This document shows, one piece after another, positions 29,353 through 37,384 of a DNA stretch of 64,000 bases; within the stretch, counting starts at the first letter, position 1, and the number at the start of each line of letters is the position of its first letter. Origin of the DNA: a virus. The stretch covers positions 46,907-110,906 of the IMG/VR virus record IMGVR_UViG_3300034069_002177. The stretch is one strand, 5' to 3'. The position numbers and the translations under genes are program-made. Under the pieces are notes generated by a model. It did no database searches and was not told where the DNA came from. It was given only the letters and a program-made list of their open reading frames with translations.

Positions 29353-29607
29353 TCCTGAGAAATCGGGATGTTCCGCCCTGACCTTCGCATTGTGAAGTTC
29401 CTTACCTCGGTTTGGATGAACCACTGCGACCCTTGGAGCCACCAAGTCCCTACTCCGGTAGGGATGAACCACCACGACCTTCGCGTCCACAATATCCTCG
29501 CCTCGGCTTGGATGATCCTCCCCAACCTTCAGATTCATCACTTCCTCGCTCCGGCTTGGATGAACCGCGATGACCTCTACCGTGGGTACACTTTCGTTTC
29601 GACGGGA
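29353..29607 (+). repeat. 48-nt periodic array: six tetraloop hairpins flanking five tRNA-antisense segments
   Basis: TG(A/T)(A/T)CC at 29369, 29417, 29465, 29513, 29561; covarying hairpins with GAAA/CTCG/TCCG/TTCG loops. Confidence 0.9.
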
Positions 29608-29622
29608 ATTATGGAAATGGAC

Positions 29623-29652
29623 TTGACAGAGTATGGTCTGGTACTGTAAAGT
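29623..29652 (+). promoter_or_regulatory. internal sigma-A-type promoter
   Basis: TTGACA-N18-TAAAGT. Confidence 0.65.
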
Positions 29653-29720
29653 GGTAAACGTCTTGTGAGAGCAAGACTTCGGAACTTCACAACACAATAG
29701 CGTTTAGTAAGAAAGATTTT

Positions 29721-29794
29721 GCTTCTGTAGCTCAGATGGTTAGAGCGCCGCCCTGTCACGGCGGAGGTCGCCGGTTCAAGTCCGGTCAGGGGCG
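29721..29794 (+). tRNA. tRNA-Asp(GTC)
   Basis: CCGCC-CT GTC AC-GGCGG. Confidence 0.95.
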
Positions 29795-30041
29795 CTATCA
29801 AAGGAACCGCGTTAGCGGGTTGCCTGCGATACAGCAAGACACCAGATACCGTCAAATATCTGGTACCCACACTTCTACCGTCGATGCGGTAGGTTCCGTT
29901 GACACGGAAGGATCGTTTCAAGTGAAGGTCTTGTACTTTGTTGGGCGTCGTCCTCCGGGACTGGCGCAGCCGATGGGTTCGGTTCCGTGACTCATCTCCC
30001 TTTTATGCCGAGTGGTTGCAAACGCGAGGAAACGGAAATAT

Positions 30042-30114
30042 GGGGTCTTAACTCAGTTGGTAGAGTGCCTGCTTTGCAAGCAGGATGTCAGGAGTTCGAT
30101 TCTCCTAGACTCCA
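30042..30114 (+). tRNA. tRNA-Ala(TGC)
   Basis: CCTGC-TT TGC AA-GCAGG; G3-U70. Confidence 0.95.
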
Positions 30115-30254
30115 CGTTGGTAGACGAAAGTCTTACCTTGGTAGATGAACACCTACCCTGCTCCAGTAATGGACAGGCTCCGAAGCAGAGATTCGGAATC
30201 CTACGTAAGACTGCTAGCGTCGCACATAGGAATATCGAGTCAAGTGTTCAACAT

Positions 30255-30325
30255 GGATTTTAGCTCAGTTGGTAGAGCACCTGCTTTCAAGCAGAATTTC
30301 GGGAGTTCGATTCCCCCATAATCCG
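30255..30325 (+). pseudogene. degenerate tRNA (Ala(TGC)-like, 6-nt loop TTTCAA)
   Basis: D-arm intact; anticodon loop one base short; acceptor irregular. Confidence 0.55.
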
Positions 30326-30469
30326 CGAACAAGAAGCTGTTGAAGTTTAGGGATTAACTACCCGAGTGCAGATACGTGTGTGTACTGTTTATACCCTAGT
30401 CGCCGGTTAGGATGATGACTGCTTGGTAGTTCTTGCAGTGATTGTTCATGAATACGAGCTAGGCTCTGT

Positions 30470-30540
30470 GGGGATGTAGCTTAATGGTAAAGCCTTAGTC
30501 TTCCAAACTAATGACGCGGGTTCGATTCCCGTCATCCCCT
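30470..30540 (+). tRNA. tRNA-Gly(TCC)
   Basis: TTAGT-CT TCC AA-ACTAA. Confidence 0.95.
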
Positions 30541-30803
30541 CTGTGGCATCATCGAAATTACGGTGAAGGCTTCCTAACGCCTCTGTGTGAATCGCAGTGA
30601 AAAGTTAGGACTCTGCCGGAGTAGAGTGGTTGCATAGACTAAACCGGAAACAGGGCTTGCGGACCTGGGCGTGATACGGGATTCGGCTATCACAGACCTC
30701 TTTATGAGGCATATGGATGAAAGTTCCACAGTGAAGCATTTAGGAAATTCGAAGAATCCAAACGCGTTGGATGAAATCGTATAGACTAAGTGCATCACGA
30801 CAT

Positions 30804-30875
30804 GCGGATGTGGCGCAGTGGTAGCGCATAACCTTGCCAAGGTTAGGGTCGCGAGTTCGAATCTCGTCATCCGCT
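30804..30875 (+). tRNA. tRNA-Gly(GCC)
   Basis: TAACC-TT GCC AA-GGTTA. Confidence 0.95.
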
Positions 30876-31043
30876 CGTAAGCAGCATTTGACTGCTAGGG
30901 CTTCTAGGATATCCATTGGGTATCCTTTTAGTCGAGATCCCGTCCAACCGCAAGGTTGGCGTAAGCGGTCGTTCAAATACACCTTCTCTAACTCCGGTTG
31001 GCATCGAAAGATGCGTTCTTGGGAAGCGTGTTAAACCGGATAT

Positions 31044-31115
31044 GCGGTCATAGCCTACGGGTATGGCAACTTGGCTTCCAGCCAAGAGTTGATGGTTCAA
31101 GTCCATCTGACCGCT
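31044..31115 (+). tRNA. tRNA-Gly(TCC)
   Basis: CTTGG-CT TCC AG-CCAAG. Confidence 0.85.
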
Positions 31116-31438
31116 CAAAGCCATCCAGAAGGCGGTATAAGCGAGTAACTAACGCCGATACCATCCGATGCTGGCTCATCCTTAGAATGGAACGTGGCGC
31201 TTGTGAGACTGTAGTGGTCAAGCACGTGTTACCGGAAATTCTCAGGCTCTGATTCTCGACTAGTAATCGGGAAGCGGGTTTGCTTCACCCGCCCTAGCTG
31301 CGACGAGTAGTGGCGAAGGAATAAGCACCTCAGCAATGCGAGGCTAAGCGTTGCCACTATTGGGTCACTGTTTACTAGACAAACCCTTTAGGATTCGGTA
31401 AGCTAGAGACTAAGAAGCTTCCTAGCTTCCGAATACAT

Positions 31439-31533
31439 GGGACTGTAGCTCAAAAGTCACCCTCAAGGTGGCGGGTAGAGCAAGGAGCGGCGCGCGTTCC
31501 AGAAGGTTATCGGTTCGATCCCGATCAGTTCCA
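31439..31533 (+). ncRNA. Ala-like tRNA variant with hairpin inserted in the D-loop
   Basis: GGGACTG/CAGTTCC-A with G3-U70; D-loop insert GTCACC..GGTGGC; loop GG CGC GC. Confidence 0.65.
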
Positions 31534-31575
31534 CGGTCTTCTAGTCGTCCTTCGGGATGGCTAGAACTCCACCAT

Positions 31576-31650
31576 GCGAAAGTAACTCAGCGGTAGAGTT
31601 CCTCGTTGCCAACGAGGTTGTCGCGGGTTCGATCCCCGTCTTTCGCTCCA
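31576..31650 (+). tRNA. tRNA-Gly(GCC)
   Basis: CCTCG-TT GCC AA-CGAGG; encoded CCA. Confidence 0.95.
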
Positions 31651-31735
31651 AGGTAGGAATTTGTCAAACGCAGCCCGGTGCCCTGACGACATCGATGCTG
31701 TAGGGGTTCCTGCCTGTAACTTATTTTCATGATTT

Positions 31736-31808
31736 GCCCTCGTAGCTCAGGGGATAGAGCAGGAGCCTTCTAATCTCTTGGTCGCAGGTTCGAATCCTGC
31801 CGAGGGCA
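31736..31808 (+). tRNA. tRNA-Arg(TCT)
   Basis: CT TCT AA loop. Confidence 0.95.
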
Positions 31809-31909
31809 CAACGGTCGTCAATGGGCGTACACGACCGGGTTTACTTGGCGTCCAAAACAGGCGGCTTCCTATGAGTGTATGGAGGCTGATCCTCGACTCG
31901 ACACTCACT

Positions 31910-31982
31910 GCGTTTGTAGCTCAGTGGATAGAGCAGTTGACTACGGATCAACAGGTCGGGGGTTCGAATCCCTCCAGGCGCA
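31910..31982 (+). tRNA. tRNA-Arg(ACG)
   Basis: GTTGA-CT ACG GA-TCAAC. Confidence 0.95.
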
Positions 31983-32041
31983 CAGATTTGCATGGTAGCT
32001 GTCTAGCTGCTATGCTTTTCACGAGGGTAAAACCTTGAAAT

Positions 32042-32114
32042 GCCGACTTGGCGCAATTGGTAGCGCAACTGTCTTGTAAACAGTAGGTTGCGGGTTCAAG
32101 TCCCGCAGTTGGCT
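32042..32114 (+). tRNA. tRNA-Thr(TGT)
   Basis: ACTGT-CT TGT AA-ACAGT. Confidence 0.95.
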
Positions 32115-32130
32115 CTCCGAAGGGATAATT

Positions 32131-32493
32131 ATGTACGACTTGTCATTCTCTGAATTTGACGACGAACCTCGCGCCCTCCCCATCGATGTAGCGCGTAATC
32201 GCATCGAGCCGTTGTTCCCGAATTTGAAGTTCACAAGTGCTGGCGGGTCAGTTCCCTTCCAAGCCGAGGGCTACTACATGGGTATCGCGGACTTTTACTT
32301 TCGGTTCCGACATGACTCGGCTAGTCTCACGATTGGTCGTCCTGGTCGGCACACCCCCGAAAATGATTTCGTCATCTACAAAGATGACGTGACTGGCGAG
32401 GATTACGCGGGAACGCTCGACGATGATGAATTTGTAGCGTTGTTCACGGAACTCATGGAGCGTATGCTTGCAGAGAAACCACTTCCTCGCTAA
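32131..32493 (+). CDS. hypothetical protein inside the tRNA array
   Basis: GAAGGGA RBS; 120 aa; PFQAEG..FYFRFRH. Confidence 0.8.
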   Translation: MYDLSFSEFDDEPRALPIDVARNRIEPLFPNLKFTSAGGSVPFQAEGYYMGIADFYFRFRHDSASLTIGRPGRHTPENDFVIYKDDVTGEDYAGTLDDDEFVALFTELMERMLAEKPLPR

Positions 32494-32503
32494 GAAATAG
32501 ACT

Positions 32504-32539
32504 GGTGATGGTCAGGTCAGAAATGAAGCAGCCATCATC
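32504..32539 (+). ncRNA. SRP-RNA domain IV-like mini-hairpin
   Basis: GGTGATGG-TCAGG-TCA-GAAA-TGA-AGCAG-CCATCATC. Confidence 0.7.
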
Positions 32540-32542
32540 TTT

Positions 32543-32615
32543 GCCCTTGTAGTTCAGCGGATAGAGCGTCATCTTCCGAAGGTGAATGTCGCTGGTTCGA
32601 ATCCAGTCAAGGGCA
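32543..32615 (+). tRNA. tRNA-Arg(CCG)
   Basis: TCATC-TT CCG AA-GGTGA. Confidence 0.9.
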
Positions 32616-32713
32616 CAAGCAACACGAAGTGGCGATGGCAGGGTAAGTTGCAACGACTGTCACGCTCCCTATGCATGGGGTTGTGTTGTGAGGTGAAGGG
32701 AAATCACCAAATT

Positions 32714-32785
32714 CGTACTGGTCGTTCAAGTCAGGACTGCTTGTTAAAAGTGAGATGGGGGTATCGAATCCTTCCTAGTACGCCA
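32714..32785 (+). ncRNA. degenerate tRNA-like RNA
   Basis: CGTACTGG/CTAGTACG then CCA; T-like arm GGGGG-TATCGAAT-CCTTC. Confidence 0.45.
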
Positions 32786-32851
32786 AACTTCTTGTAACAC
32801 GACCGGGTTCAGCCCAGTCGTGTGATATAGCCAGACACCGATGGTGTTTAT

Positions 32852-32923
32852 GCCACTTTAGCTCAGGGGTAGAGCAAACGCTTCGTAAGCGTTAGGTCGT
32901 CAGTTCAAATCTGACAAGTGGCT
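32852..32923 (+). tRNA. tRNA-Thr(CGT)
   Basis: AACGC-TT CGT AA-GCGTT. Confidence 0.95.
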
Positions 32924-33183
32924 CGGAATCGGGAACAAGGTCTCTCGGTAACGGACAGGTACAAAACGAGAACCCAGTGCACATGGACTCGCACAAAATC
33001 CTGTTACCGTTTCGGTGTCCGTCTTCTTACGTTTTCGGGCACCGAACATTCTTCGAGGTTCAGCACTCGACGTATTTCATCTCAGGATACGGTACGATAC
33101 CAAAGGCTGGTCGGAGGTACACCGAAGGTAATCTGTTAGTGCAGATGATCAACCATGCACAGCGCGGAGTGATTCGCGTTTGT

Positions 33184-33255
<72 letters not shown>

Positions 33256-33291
33256 CGTAAAGACTGCTACGGTAGTTATTCACGAAAATAT

Positions 33292-33367
33292 GGGTTCTTA
33301 GCTCAGTTGGTAGAGCATCACGCTGGCAGCGTGAGGGTCAGGGGTTCGAATCCCCTAGGATCCACCA
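33292..33367 (+). tRNA. tRNA-Ala(GGC)
   Basis: TCACG-CT GGC AG-CGTGA; encoded CCA. Confidence 0.95.
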
Positions 33368-33396
33368 TATAGACACCTTGACGAAACGGACCAAAG

Positions 33397-33870
33397 TTGA
33401 CCGAGCTAGTAATCGCTCCAATGAATGTCGAAGATATTCAGTCCGTTATCGACCATGTAACCAATGTATCCCTAGCTTCGTCGCATCTCGACCACCCCAA
33501 TATCGGTGCATGGCTTGAAGGTGAATACAATCCTGCTGATGTACTCGCAAAGCTTGATTCGAGCATCTGTCTCATTGTGAGAGATAACGAGCACATTGTC
33601 GGTACCGGATTCATCGATACGACAACTGGCTACATTTCGGGTGTCTATGTCTCCAATAAGGGACACGGTACTGGTCGTTTGATTGTCGATAGGTTGCTTG
33701 AAGAAGCAGCAGCAGAGGCTGGTACGAAACACTTCACTGCGAGTGTTCATCCTGACTCGAAAGCCATGCAGCACATTCTTTCAACGTCTGGTTTCACGGC
33801 AACGCATGTGGACCCTCACGTTGTTTACTATGTTGGTACCGACTTCATGATTTGGGAAAAGTCGGTATAG
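33397..33870 (+). CDS. GNAT-family acetyltransferase
   Basis: IVGTG..ISGVYV..KGHGTGRLI acetyl-CoA loop; C-terminal ..SGF. Confidence 0.8.
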   Translation: MTELVIAPMNVEDIQSVIDHVTNVSLASSHLDHPNIGAWLEGEYNPADVLAKLDSSICLIVRDNEHIVGTGFIDTTTGYISGVYVSNKGHGTGRLIVDRLLEEAAAEAGTKHFTASVHPDSKAMQHILSTSGFTATHVDPHVVYYVGTDFMIWEKSV

Positions 33871-33876
33871 CAACAC

Positions 33877-33948
33877 GCCTCGTTAGTTCAGCGGAAGAAT
33901 GCCTCTTTCCTAAAGAGTTGGTCGCTGGTTCGAATCCAGTACGGGGCA
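33877..33948 (+). tRNA. tRNA-Arg(CCT)
   Basis: CTCT-TT CCT AA-AGAG. Confidence 0.9.
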
Positions 33949-34303
33949 CTGGGAAAACACCAACAGATTCGATTAGTCATCGAGGAACTAAGTTGGTGAG
34001 GGTGGTCGTTCACCGTGAAAAGAACGATGTCTGGTGATGTAGACGAGGTACCTAGCCTGAATCACAAGCGGATGAGACGGTTAGCTGGTTGGTGGACGCT
34101 CGATAAGGGTGGTTTCCGTACTCGCTGATTTGTGGGGTATAGATTCCGAATACTGCGACCCATCGTGGAAGACAACAAGCGGCTTGACTGGTCGCCCAAG
34201 TGACAAGTGTGGTGGAAATCCACTAGTAATCAAGAGCGTGGTACAGGGATCATAACCCTGCCTCCGTGAAGGTTTTAAGCCGGAGCGGCTTGGTTGCGAT
34301 TTA

Positions 34304-34377
34304 CGGAGTATGGGAAAATTTGGCAATCCGCGCCGTTCGGGACGGCGAGAATGAGGGTTCAAATCCCTCTACTCCGA
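34304..34377 (+). tRNA. tRNA-Pro(CGG)
   Basis: CGCCG-TT CGG GA-CGGCG. Confidence 0.9.
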
Positions 34378-34380
34378 CAT

Positions 34381-34545
34381 GGGGCGAGTGAGTCCGCGAA
34401 ACCTTGGTGTTGACAACACAAGTAGACGTGGGCGCGGTCGCGTGTTTTCTCGACACCCTGTATCGTCAAATGCAGTAGGGTTGAGGAACAGAAATGCGGG
34501 CAGCAATGTGCCGCTACCGTAGGTCGAGACTACGGCGCTCCACCA
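34381..34545 (+). ncRNA. tRNA-like RNA with Ala-type acceptor and ACCA end
   Basis: GGGGCG/CGCTCC-ACCA, G3-U70, T-like arm CCGTAG-GTCGAGA-CTACGG. Confidence 0.55.
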
Positions 34546-34607
34546 AACTTTTGACACAGATTGGTCAACCCCGGCGCTTTAGGGGCTGAGAACGGCTCAC
34601 AGAGCCA

Positions 34608-34728
34608 GTGGTCGTGGGCGAAGCGTGAAGGCATCCTGGGTAAGTCCTTCCGGCAAGCTACCAACGCGAATTCTGAGGTTCATGTCTTGGAAGTGCTGGG
34701 GACGTGGGTTCGATTCCCACCGACTGCA
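34608..34728 (+). ncRNA. tmRNA-TLD-like small RNA
   Basis: GTGGTCG/CGACTGC-A, G3-U70, GGAC-GTGGG-TTCGATT-CCCAC. Confidence 0.5.
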
Positions 34729-34754
34729 CAACGTCAGCAATGCGCTGACCGTAT

Positions 34755-34828
34755 GGTGTTCGTAGCTCAATTGGCAGAGCGGCAGGTCGTGAACCTGTTC
34801 GTTGCGGGTTCAAGTCCCGTCGTCCACC
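34755..34828 (+). tRNA. tRNA-His(GTG), atypical
   Basis: GCAGG-TC GTG AA-CCTGT (C33); acceptor mismatches. Confidence 0.7.
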
Positions 34829-34860
34829 TGAAACGATACCCTTATCGTCAAAAGGAATAA

Positions 34861-34934
34861 CAGGATGTAGCGCAGTTTGGTAGCGCGCCAGTTCGGGGAA
34901 CTGGAGGTCGCGGGTTCAAACCCCGCCATCCTGA
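34861..34934 (+). tRNA. tRNA-Pro(GGG)
   Basis: CCAGT-TC GGG GA-ACTGG. Confidence 0.85.
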
Positions 34935-35110
34935 CACTTATCGACATCCGTTAACGAATGACACCGTACTGTTTTATGGTATAAACACCCCAATAGAGGG
35001 GTGGTTGTTCGATAGCGGGTACATTCCACATAAAAATGGCTTGACAGATGAGACAATTTCATACACGGCAAAATGGTTGCTGTATCTACATCCGAAAGCT
35101 CATCCCGACC

Positions 35111-36631
35111 ATGCTCCCAACTTCCCGCCAACTACTCGTTGGAGACTCCGCTGAAAACAGCATCATGCAGACAATTACGATTGCTGTTTCAGCAATCCTT
35201 ATTGCCGCTGGTCTTGTTACCGCTCCGGGTCTTATCAACAACGCCCGCGACAACAACGCCACTTCTGACTTGGCTAACGTAGCCTACGCTCAGGAAGGTG
35301 CGCTTGCTGTTGACGGCAAGTACCACTCTGACATCGATCCTAAGTCAACTGCTGATGATTCCCTCATCAAGACTGGCGGTGTCAAGTACACCTTCTCGGG
35401 CAAGACGACCAATCAGGCTGCATTGACTTGCGATACGCCAACCGCTGCCTACCTCATTCGCACAACCGCTGCTAATGGCAAGACTTTCTACCGCGCATCC
35501 GGTTCTGCTACGACTTCTACGGACCTTTCCAAGCTCACCATTGCAGATTGCATCAAGGCGCTTCCGGGATGGACCAGCTTCGAGATTCCTCAGCCCTCCG
35601 CTGGTGGCTCAACCACACCTTCTGCTGGTGCTTTCGTTGTCAAGAATCTCGCTAACCCCGGTCTTCGCTCCGCTGTTGCTAGCAACGGAAAAATCTACGG
35701 TACGTTGAACTACGGCGCTCCTGACACTACTCAGTCGCCCGACCAAGACGGCAACCAGCCCGAACTTCCTCTAGATTTGCGAATTTCTTCTGACAACGGT
35801 GCTACATGGTCAAGTGCAACTGGTCTACCTTCTAACCAGTTGATGGACAACATCCACGCTTCTGCGGATGGTCAAACCATCATCTTGACGCCTGGTGACA
35901 GCAACGGTCTCTACATCTCACACGATGCGGGCGCTTCATGGTCTCGCGTTGATGCCGCTGGAGAAAACAACTGGAATGGCGCGGTCACGTTGTCAGATGA
36001 TGGCAAGACTATCGTCCTTTCTTCCCAGGATCAGAACAACTTTGATTATGGTACTGGACAGAACACTGTTGTTCCTGGTGGAGCAATGATCTCGCACGAT
36101 GGTGGTGCTACCTTCACTACCAAGAACGTTGGGTCGGGAAACGACTTCCACGCATGGGCAACTTCTTCTGACGGAAGCGTCATTTACGGTAATGCAAATG
36201 ACGGCACATTGTACAAGTCAACCAATGGTGGAAACACCTTCACTGCTCTATCTACGAGCACTCAAGGTGACTCTGCCATCAGCACCAATTCTGATGGAAG
36301 CAGTGTCCTGCTTGTTGACGGAAACGATAGAGGAAACAACTTGTCGCTTTCTACAAATGGCGGTCAGTCCTTCAAAAACATCTCTCCGACAAATGATCCT
36401 GATAATCGTAGATTCTGGTTCAAGTCGGATATGAGCGCCGATGGCAACACCATTGTTGTTGGTGATGGCAATGGTAACCCTGATTCATATATCTCAACCG
36501 ATGCTGGTTCGACGTGGACCAAGGTTGACGGTACTTCTGGTCAGATCGGTTCAGTAAGTGTTTCTGCTGATGGTAAGACTTTCACAGTAACCGATTCGAA
36601 CAACCGCAGCACCGCAGTTGGTACCCGCTAG
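35111..36631 (+). CDS. pilin-like N-terminal helix fused to BNR/Asp-box beta-propeller
   Basis: hydrophobic helix + INNARDNNATSDLANV; six SxDxGxTW-type repeats; start uncertain. Confidence 0.75.
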   Translation: MLPTSRQLLVGDSAENSIMQTITIAVSAILIAAGLVTAPGLINNARDNNATSDLANVAYAQEGALAVDGKYHSDIDPKSTADDSLIKTGGVKYTFSGKTTNQAALTCDTPTAAYLIRTTAANGKTFYRASGSATTSTDLSKLTIADCIKALPGWTSFEIPQPSAGGSTTPSAGAFVVKNLANPGLRSAVASNGKIYGTLNYGAPDTTQSPDQDGNQPELPLDLRISSDNGATWSSATGLPSNQLMDNIHASADGQTIILTPGDSNGLYISHDAGASWSRVDAAGENNWNGAVTLSDDGKTIVLSSQDQNNFDYGTGQNTVVPGGAMISHDGGATFTTKNVGSGNDFHAWATSSDGSVIYGNANDGTLYKSTNGGNTFTALSTSTQGDSAISTNSDGSSVLLVDGNDRGNNLSLSTNGGQSFKNISPTNDPDNRRFWFKSDMSADGNTIVVGDGNGNPDSYISTDAGSTWTKVDGTSGQIGSVSVSADGKTFTVTDSNNRSTAVGTR

Positions 36632-36655
36632 AACCAATCTGCATCAACTAGCACC

Positions 36656-36700
36656 AGAAGCCGTGATACTCTCCCGATGAGTGTCACGGCTTCTGTCGTT
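36656..36700 (+). terminator. terminator-like hairpin
   Basis: AGAAGCCGTGA...TCACGGCTTCT. Confidence 0.6.
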
Positions 36701-36786
36701 CTTACTCCTAGATTTTTCTTTATCCGCTACGTAGAATTCAACTCCATAGCGTCACCTACAACCGAGCATAGAACAGGAGAAAACCA

Positions 36787-37284
36787 ATGACCGGTGTAAT
36801 TGTACTGAATGCAAGTTATGAGCCCCTAGGCGTTGTTTCGCTCCACAAGGCGATGAAGAACATCATCCGTGGTCGTGTCGAAGTTGTACGTGCGCACGAT
36901 TCTGATGTCATCCACACGTCTTCTGGTGTGCTCGCTGTGCCTATCGCTGTTCGTTTCACCAAGATGGTTCGGGTTCCTTACCGTAATGGTGAGATGCAGC
37001 CGCACCTGAAGAAGGTTTTGATCCGTGACAACTACACGTGTGCCTACTGCGGTAAGCACGCTAAGACAGTTGACCACATCCAGCCTAAGTCCCGTGGTGG
37101 TAAGAACACGTGGATGAACCTCATTGCTGCTTGCCAGCCTTGTAACGGTAAGAAGGCGAACAAGACTCCTGAGGAAGCACACATGGTTCTTCAGTTCCAG
37201 CCGCACCCTGTCTACCAGCAGGATGTCCTGACGGCGAACATTGCCAAGACAGGCTTCAGCATGGATACTCTGTTCGACTTCTGA
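36787..37284 (+). CDS. HNH endonuclease (McrA-like)
   Basis: VLNASYEPL, RDNYTCAYCG, TVDHIQPKSRGG, ACQPCNGKK. Confidence 0.95.
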   Translation: MTGVIVLNASYEPLGVVSLHKAMKNIIRGRVEVVRAHDSDVIHTSSGVLAVPIAVRFTKMVRVPYRNGEMQPHLKKVLIRDNYTCAYCGKHAKTVDHIQPKSRGGKNTWMNLIAACQPCNGKKANKTPEEAHMVLQFQPHPVYQQDVLTANIAKTGFSMDTLFDF

Positions 37285-37384
37285 ACGAACTAGCTACACC
37301 CTCGGGGACAACTATCTATGGGTGGTTGTCCCCGAGCCATTTGCGGAGTACGCTCCGCTTGTCAGTCAAGAGAAAGAGAAAAAG

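Noticed and set aside
29353..29607. CRISPR array call for the 48-nt repeats
   Set aside because: Repeats are conserved in structure rather than identical, the variable segments share internal motifs, and there are no cas genes in the window.
29269..29697. ORFs over the repeat (29368..29649 plus, 29269..29697 minus)
   Set aside because: No RBS, the minus ORF runs into a tRNA, and variation is compensatory in hairpins; open frames are expected from a 48-nt period. Not fully excluded.
30255..30325. Selenocysteine/opal tRNA (TCA in loop)
   Set aside because: Six-nt loop, no long variable arm; best explained as Ala(TGC) missing one base.
32714..32785. Ochre suppressor (TTA) tRNA
   Set aside because: Anticodon stem is weak, G33, and the register is ambiguous.
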